Positions 25,992 to 31,274 of a stretch of DNA of 31,274 nucleotides are shown here, in pieces; position 1 is the stretch's first letter; each line of letters begins with the position of its first letter. Origin of the DNA: a virus. Lineage: Duplodnaviria; Caudoviricetes. The notes beneath the pieces were generated by a model that did no database searches, had not been told where the DNA came from, and was given only the letters and a program-made list of their open reading frames with translations. The stretch covers positions 1 through 31,274 of IMG/VR virus record IMGVR_UViG_3300025083_000140, one strand, 5' to 3'. Position numbers and translations under genes: made by a program.

Positions 25992-28382
25992 ATGACAGTA
26001 AGAAGAATTTTTCTAAGGCGCGATACAGCGGCTAACTTTGCCAGTACCAACCCCGTATTAAGCGAAGGTGAACCAGCGTTTGATACGACAAATCAAATCC
26101 TGAAGGTAGGCGACGGTGTCACAGCGTGGAACTCGCTTGCACAGTTTCAAGGGCCAGCGGGAGTGGACGGTGCAGACGGTGCGGATGGATCGAATGGAGT
26201 AAGTATTGAGTCACGCGACGTAGCGAACTTAATAGCGACCGAGACGGACGGCACAACTGCGTACTGTAAGGATGCTAAAGGTTTTGGACTTTATCCTAAC
26301 AACCACTCTCAGCATTCGATGGTCTACAAAAAGGATAATTCATATTATACCTATGATGGTGACATTGAAGTAGTTCCTAGCGGCCCCTCATTATGGAAGG
26401 TAGGTAGTATATTTAATGATTTTAATCCAGACACAGGGGCGTTTAACGCAACAGAAATATCATCCGAAACAACTAATGGAATCTATAAGTGGATAGGTAG
26501 AATAGACTGTAATGTGGGTACTAAGTACATACAAGTTGCGGTTACCTACACCATCAAAGATTCACTTCGGTCTTCTAGCGGAACAGTTCCAGCAGTCCTT
26601 GGAATACATGGGTGGTATGGCGGACATAACAATGCTGATACTGCCTTTGTAAATACGGAACTAGCGGGTAATGACTACGCTTTGATGACCTTAGATTATC
26701 GAGGTGAAGACACTTCCACAGGTACAGACTTGAATCGCACAGTCTATCCGAGTGGTGATGGTTTTAATTCGGGTGGGGATTTAGACATGGCAAGCATGAA
26801 TGAATCCAATACCGCCACCATTGATTCAATTCGCACAAAAGATTATTACTATTGGCAAGCAATGACTCGTAGAGTCCTTAGTTTCTTACGTAGTAAAACA
26901 GAAGTCGATAACAACAATATCGGAGTAATTGGTCATTCTGTTGGCGGGACACTTTCCACCTGTCTTATTTCCGAACCAAGAGTTAAAGCAGTTGTTTCCT
27001 ATTATGGTGCTGGATGGAATGAATTTAATGTAAGGAAAGGGAATTGGGACGAAGCTGATAATTGGTATATAAGTTCAATTTCGCCAAACGCTCATTTTAG
27101 AAGTGCAGATACACCCTATCTTTACCTTAACGGCACAGACGATAACCACGGGATAATGCCTTATGTGTTAGAGGGACTGAAATATTTTCCAACCACAACG
27201 CCCATTAGTTGGTCACTTGAACCGAATGTACCACACTCACAACACCCAAATACCAATCAAAATGTTCTATTGTGGTTAGATAAATATTTAAAAGGCACAG
27301 CTACCACTTGGTACGACCCTCCAACCCTCGTTGAAGGTCTCGTTCCAACAGGTCAAACAAACGCTGGTTTCCCGATGGTTACTGTTACTCCCGATGCGGA
27401 TGCGGATGTATCGAGTGTTGAGGTCTATTATTTCCACGATAATACCTACCCGCATCAGGGAAACACCATTGATTGGGTTCAAGCAACTGTGGTTAATAAC
27501 AATGATGGTACATACTCAGCGGAGTTGCCTACAATAAATGTCAACCACAACGCACAAGCCTATGCTCAGATTACATATAGTAATACTGTTGTTGTCGCTT
27601 CTCACATTAAAACATTTCTGCCTACTGACCTTGGAAATGCGGTTTCAACAAACCCATTATTTGACCCATCAACTTTGAGCAATATGGTTCTAAGACTAGA
27701 TGCTTCGGGTCTTACATCGACAGACGCTACTTGGACGGATGATTCCCCAGCTGGTAATGACGCAACTAGAAACGGCTCACTTCAGCAATGGAACACGGGT
27801 ACGAGCGTATATGACACTATTACACCTAATGCGTCTTACACGGCGAATAGTCCTACGGTTGTCTTGAACGCTCAAAACAGTTTACCTGTAATGCGTTACA
27901 CCAACTTCACATGGCACAGTTGGAACAATATTGAGGATGCAAGGACTATATTTATCGTGTCAAAACGGACAGGCACAGGAGGTAATCATCCGATATTAGG
28001 TTACCAATGGACACAAACAAAATACAATCGTTATGATTGGCACTCCAGCGGTACTAATCTGGTAGATACCTTTTCTCCTGCCCACAATCAAACATGGAGG
28101 TATAACGGTACAGGGGTAACTCCTAGCACGACAAACCATACGCAATCGATGGCGATTATAGCCATTCAATCCACAACAGATTTACTAGCATCTAGTTTTA
28201 CGATGGATAGATTCTTTTTCCAAAGGGCATGGGTTGGAGACCTTGCAGAACTTATGATTTTTAATACCACCTTGGGGACTTCAGATATTGAAAAAGTGGA
28301 AGGATACCTCACTCACAAGTGGGGACTAACAGGAAATTTACCGTCTAATCATCCATATAAAAACATCCATCCAACAACATGA
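25992..28382 (+). CDS. Multidomain tailspike/appendage: Mtd_N-like anchor + collagen-like linker + alpha/beta-hydrolase (esterase-like) + beta domain + lectin/LamG-like tip
   Basis: IFLRRDTAANF...NPVL.EGE...DT....KVGDGVTAWNSL; GPAGVDGADGADGSNG; IHGWYGG; EVD...IGVIGHSVGG; YLNGTDD; LRLDAS...W.D.S..GN; W.GDLAELMIF...EKVEGYL.HKWGL...LP..HPYK. Confidence 0.85.
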   Translation: MTVRRIFLRRDTAANFASTNPVLSEGEPAFDTTNQILKVGDGVTAWNSLAQFQGPAGVDGADGADGSNGVSIESRDVANLIATETDGTTAYCKDAKGFGLYPNNHSQHSMVYKKDNSYYTYDGDIEVVPSGPSLWKVGSIFNDFNPDTGAFNATEISSETTNGIYKWIGRIDCNVGTKYIQVAVTYTIKDSLRSSSGTVPAVLGIHGWYGGHNNADTAFVNTELAGNDYALMTLDYRGEDTSTGTDLNRTVYPSGDGFNSGGDLDMASMNESNTATIDSIRTKDYYYWQAMTRRVLSFLRSKTEVDNNNIGVIGHSVGGTLSTCLISEPRVKAVVSYYGAGWNEFNVRKGNWDEADNWYISSISPNAHFRSADTPYLYLNGTDDNHGIMPYVLEGLKYFPTTTPISWSLEPNVPHSQHPNTNQNVLLWLDKYLKGTATTWYDPPTLVEGLVPTGQTNAGFPMVTVTPDADADVSSVEVYYFHDNTYPHQGNTIDWVQATVVNNNDGTYSAELPTINVNHNAQAYAQITYSNTVVVASHIKTFLPTDLGNAVSTNPLFDPSTLSNMVLRLDASGLTSTDATWTDDSPAGNDATRNGSLQQWNTGTSVYDTITPNASYTANSPTVVLNAQNSLPVMRYTNFTWHSWNNIEDARTIFIVSKRTGTGGNHPILGYQWTQTKYNRYDWHSSGTNLVDTFSPAHNQTWRYNGTGVTPSTTNHTQSMAIIAIQSTTDLLASSFTMDRFFFQRAWVGDLAELMIFNTTLGTSDIEKVEGYLTHKWGLTGNLPSNHPYKNIHPTT

Positions 28383-28540
28383 ACGAACAAACAATAGAGC
28401 ATTTAAAGAAATACGCTAGTGGCGAGTGGCAAGACATTCAAAACCACCCTGAGTTCACGCTTTTAATCGCCAAGGTACTCCTTGAGTTCGATGCGTTGAA
28501 ACAAGAAGTGGAAGACCTAAAAGCAAAAGCGGAAGAATAA
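28379..28540 (+). CDS. 53-aa coiled-coil protein missing from the ORF track
   Basis: ATGA overlap with the tailspike stop. Translates as MNEQTIEHLKKYASGEWQDIQNHPEFTLLIAKVLLEFDALKQEVEDLKAKAEE and fills the gap to TerS. Confidence 0.75.
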   Translation: MNEQTIEHLKKYASGEWQDIQNHPEFTLLIAKVLLEFDALKQEVEDLKAKAEE

Positions 28541-28549
28541 ACAACTATT

Positions 28550-28795
28550 ATGAAGAAACGAGAACAACTAGAGAAACTACAAGTCCTACTTGCCGACACC
28601 TATCGCGACTCAATCCTTGAGATGCAAGATACAGGCGAGTACAACGCGGCACTCCTTAACGGCGCTAGACAACTCCTCAAGGACAACGATGTAATCAGTC
28701 TAACCGAGAAGTCTACGCCCCTTGGAAACCTTGCTGACGTCCTACCATTCGACGATTCAAACGCCGAGAAACAGGCGATCAGACAGGCTAAGTGA
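28550..28795 (+). CDS. terS: Terminase small subunit (T7 gp18-like)
   Basis: AALLNGARQLLKDNDV...PLGNLADVLPF; GTGA overlap with TerL. Confidence 0.88.
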   Translation: MKKREQLEKLQVLLADTYRDSILEMQDTGEYNAALLNGARQLLKDNDVISLTEKSTPLGNLADVLPFDDSNAEKQAIRQAK

Positions 28796-30465
28796 ACGTA
28801 CCAGAAGAACTCCACGACTTCAGGAACTTCCTGTTCGTCTGTTGGAAACACCTTGGACTTCCCGACCCAACGCCTCTTCAATACGACATATCGAACTACC
28901 TACAACACGGGCCTAAACGTGCGATTGTCATGGCGTTTCGAGGCGTCGGTAAATCGTGGATATGTAGTGCCTATGTCGTACACCAACTACTCCTAGACCC
29001 CACGAAGAACATACTCGTTGTATCGGCGTCTAAAACGCGCTCCGACGACTTCTCAACGTTTACGCTACGCCTGATAAACGACATGCCCATCCTTGAACAC
29101 CTCAAGCCACGGGATGGACAACGGTTCTCTAAGATCTCTTTTGATGTCGGATTAGCACCCGCTTCTCACGCGCCTTCGGTTAAGTCCTTGGGCATCACTT
29201 CTCAGCTAACAGGGAGTCGTGCGGACATAATCGTTGCTGACGACGTTGAAGTCGCGAATAACAGCGCTACCCAAGGGATGCGTGACAAGCTGTCGGATCA
29301 AGTAAAAGAGTTCGATGCTATCGTCAAACCACTCGATACATCCCGTATCCTGTTCCTTGGGACGCCTCAATGTGAGGACTCTATCTACAATAAGCTCCGT
29401 GAGAGGGGCTACAACGCCCGTATATGGCCTAGTGAGTATGTGGGTACCGATAAGAACCAAACGGTCTATGACGGGGCTATAGCGCCCTTTATCGACGATT
29501 CTACCACCGATACAAACGTAGGCAGGTCTACCGAGCCGTTACGATTCACAGATATAGACCTACAAGAACGTAAGCTTTCATACGGACGATCTGGGTACGC
29601 CCTTCAATTCCTCCTTAATCCACGACTAAGCGACGCTGATAGATACCCGTTAAAGGTTAACGATCTAATCGTACATGACCTTGATAACGACGTAGCTAAC
29701 GAGAAGTACGTATGGGCATCAGAACCAGGACTCGTTTGTGACGACCTTCCAAACGTCGGTTTTAACGGGGATAGGTTTTATCGTCCGTTTAAAACGCTTG
29801 GAGATATGGTGGAATACAGCGGATCTGTACTCGCTATTGACCCGTCAGGGCGCGGTAGGGACGAGACTGCATACGCCGTAGTAAAGATGCTTAACGGGTT
29901 CCTGTTCGTACACGCTTGTGGCGGCTTAAAAGGCGGATACGGCGATAATGTCTTGAAGGAACTCGCGATGATAAGCGCCAGGTACAAGGTCAATGAAGTT
30001 ATCATCGAATCAAACATGGGAGACGGGATGTTTACCGAACTGTTTAAGCCCGTTGTAAACGCCGTACATCCCGTCACCATCAACGAAGTAAGACATAACA
30101 TACAAAAGGAAAGACGCATCATAGACACCCTAGAACCCGTCTTAAACGCCCATAAGATGGTAATAGATAGAAGCGTCATAAAAGACGATTATCAGTCGGC
30201 TCTCGTCTACCCTATCGAATCTCAATCGAGGTACATGCTTATACATCAATTAAGCCGTATCACCGCCGAAAAAGGCAGTCTTCTTCAAGACGACAGATTA
30301 GACGCGCTTGCTATCGCTACCAATTATTGGGTACAGCAAATGGCGGCTAATGCGGACTTGAACATGAACGATAGAAAGACGGAACTATTAGACCAAGAAT
30401 TAGAAAAGTTTATGTCGTCCGCTTTAAATCGTAAGACTAACCAACATACAAATTCTTGGTTCTAA
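28792..30465 (+). CDS. terL: Terminase large subunit (T7 gp19-like)
   Basis: AFRGVGKSWI (Walker A), GITSQLTGSRADIIVADDVE (Walker B), LGTPQ, IDPSGRGRDET, KERRIIDTLEPV and DDRLDALA. Confidence 0.98.
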   Translation: MNVPEELHDFRNFLFVCWKHLGLPDPTPLQYDISNYLQHGPKRAIVMAFRGVGKSWICSAYVVHQLLLDPTKNILVVSASKTRSDDFSTFTLRLINDMPILEHLKPRDGQRFSKISFDVGLAPASHAPSVKSLGITSQLTGSRADIIVADDVEVANNSATQGMRDKLSDQVKEFDAIVKPLDTSRILFLGTPQCEDSIYNKLRERGYNARIWPSEYVGTDKNQTVYDGAIAPFIDDSTTDTNVGRSTEPLRFTDIDLQERKLSYGRSGYALQFLLNPRLSDADRYPLKVNDLIVHDLDNDVANEKYVWASEPGLVCDDLPNVGFNGDRFYRPFKTLGDMVEYSGSVLAIDPSGRGRDETAYAVVKMLNGFLFVHACGGLKGGYGDNVLKELAMISARYKVNEVIIESNMGDGMFTELFKPVVNAVHPVTINEVRHNIQKERRIIDTLEPVLNAHKMVIDRSVIKDDYQSALVYPIESQSRYMLIHQLSRITAEKGSLLQDDRLDALAIATNYWVQQMAANADLNMNDRKTELLDQELEKFMSSALNRKTNQHTNSWF

Positions 30466-30759
30466 TCGCCCCCGTTATAAACGCGATTAAAACGCCTTGG
30501 ACTTAATACGGTAACTTTGGTTATACAATCTTCTAAGTCTATTCGATTTAAAGGCTGTATAAACGACGGTAATAAAGGTAAGAAGACGAAAGATTTAATT
30601 AAACGTTATTCTAATCTTCTTCTTTTCTATCACGCTATAATCACGAGGAGAGTTCGATGAAATCGCGTTTATATCGCCTATTAATACGTCCGCTAAAGCG
30701 AAAGTATAATCGAGTTTTCAAATCGTCAACCCTAAACTTTACGTCTATTTCATAAACCC
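30466..30759. other. AT-rich non-coding region with inverted repeats and promoter-like elements
   Basis: Longest intergenic stretch in the window (294 bp). Contains a hairpin at 30580-30624, TATAAT at 30636 and 30705, and minus-strand TTGACG at 30729-30724. Confidence 0.6.
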
Positions 30760-30978
30760 ATGACTATCAACGATCAAACAGACCAACTTTTATTTGAGCT
30801 TCAGGCGGTACTAAAACGCTTCGGAGACGAATATGACCTTAATCACGCTACCATCGTCGGGTGTATTGAGATACTAAAGATCGACTACCTTACAAGCGGC
30901 GATGAAATCGAGTTTGAAATGGATCAGGATCTTCTCGATCAAATCGACGATGAAGACCCTGAAGAACTACCCTTTTAA
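30760..30978 (+). CDS. Small acidic hypothetical protein
   Basis: 72 aa; helical N-terminal half and very acidic tail ending DDEDPEELPF. Confidence 0.75.
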   Translation: MTINDQTDQLLFELQAVLKRFGDEYDLNHATIVGCIEILKIDYLTSGDEIEFEMDQDLLDQIDDEDPEELPF

Positions 30979-30987
30979 TTAACATAC

Positions 30988-31274
30988 GTGAAACTAGACG
31001 AGAACACACAAATCAAGGCCAACGCGACCTTTGCCGCCAAACTGGTGCTGGGAATCGCTACAGCGGTCTGGTCATACAGTGTCATCGTAAACCGCATAAG
31101 CGCGTTGGAACTCGAACTAGTTCGCCTTAAAGACGACATCCATCTTAACAGCGAGTTCAGGATACAGTGGCCCAGGGGCGCTATGGGCGCATTACCTGCC
31201 GACGCTCGTCAAGACCTTAGACTCGACTTCTATGAGAAGGAAATGGACAAGCTCAAAGGCGTTGTAGACGAACT
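30988..31274 (+). CDS. Membrane-anchored coiled-coil phage protein (3'-truncated by window edge; not in ORF track)
   Basis: GTG 30988 opens a frame with no stop to the window end: MKLDENTQIKANATFAAKLVLGIATAVWSYSVIVNRISALELEL...NSEFRIQWPRGAMGALPADARQ... Confidence 0.75.
   Translation, partial: MKLDENTQIKANATFAAKLVLGIATAVWSYSVIVNRISALELELVRLKDDIHLNSEFRIQWPRGAMGALPADARQDLRLDFYEKEMDKLKGVVDE

Noticed and set aside
25992-28382. Diversity-generating retroelement suggested by the Mtd_N-like N-terminus
   Set aside because: No reverse transcriptase and no template/variable repeat pair are visible in the window. Mtd_N is a generic anchor module.
936-30179. The other minus-strand and nested alternative-frame ORFs in the track (e.g. 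936-1436, 9058-9360, 9903-10304, 20547-20951, 29778-30179)
   Set aside because: They lie within well-supported + strand genes, show no recognisable motifs, and conflict with the single-strand organisation of T7-like genomes.
30503-30704. Canonical T7 RNA polymerase promoters at the two TTAATACG sites
   Set aside because: Only the upstream 8 nt match and the ACTCACTATAG core is absent. I found no repeated ~20-bp promoter consensus ahead of the structural genes.
1-31274. tRNA, rRNA, integrase, RNA polymerase or recognisable auxiliary metabolic genes
   Set aside because: None seen. Intergenic space is minimal, and early genes would lie outside this window, so their absence here is uninformative.

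Overview
This window is a 31.3-kb fragment of a T7-like podophage (Autographiviridae-type, probably aquatic/marine). Every credible gene is on the + strand. The order is: 3' end of primase-helicase, family A DNA polymerase, free-standing PD-(D/E)XK endonuclease, 5'-3' exonuclease, small virion genes, a six-gene beta-rich/lectin appendage cassette, portal, scaffold, a membrane protein, major capsid, tail tubes A/B, gp13-16-like ejection proteins, tail fibre, a second appendage cassette, TerS/TerL, a structured AT-rich intergenic region and two small genes. Main departures from the T7 plan: (1) a 796-aa Mtd_N-anchored appendage protein with an apparently intact alpha/beta-hydrolase (esterase-like) domain and a lectin-like tip; (2) two cassettes of small proteins with recurring terminal motifs, suggesting a chained, swappable appendage system, one translationally coupled to the portal gene; (3) a 1938-aa gp16-like protein expanded by four ~136-141-aa helical repeats and a 45-bp tandem repeat; (4) strong depletion of GCWGC and CCGG (by-eye count), with most remaining sites in the first cassette; (5) mostly SD-less starts, except the capsid gene, which has a structured leader. 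All family calls come from motif recognition and synteny by eye; no searches were run.
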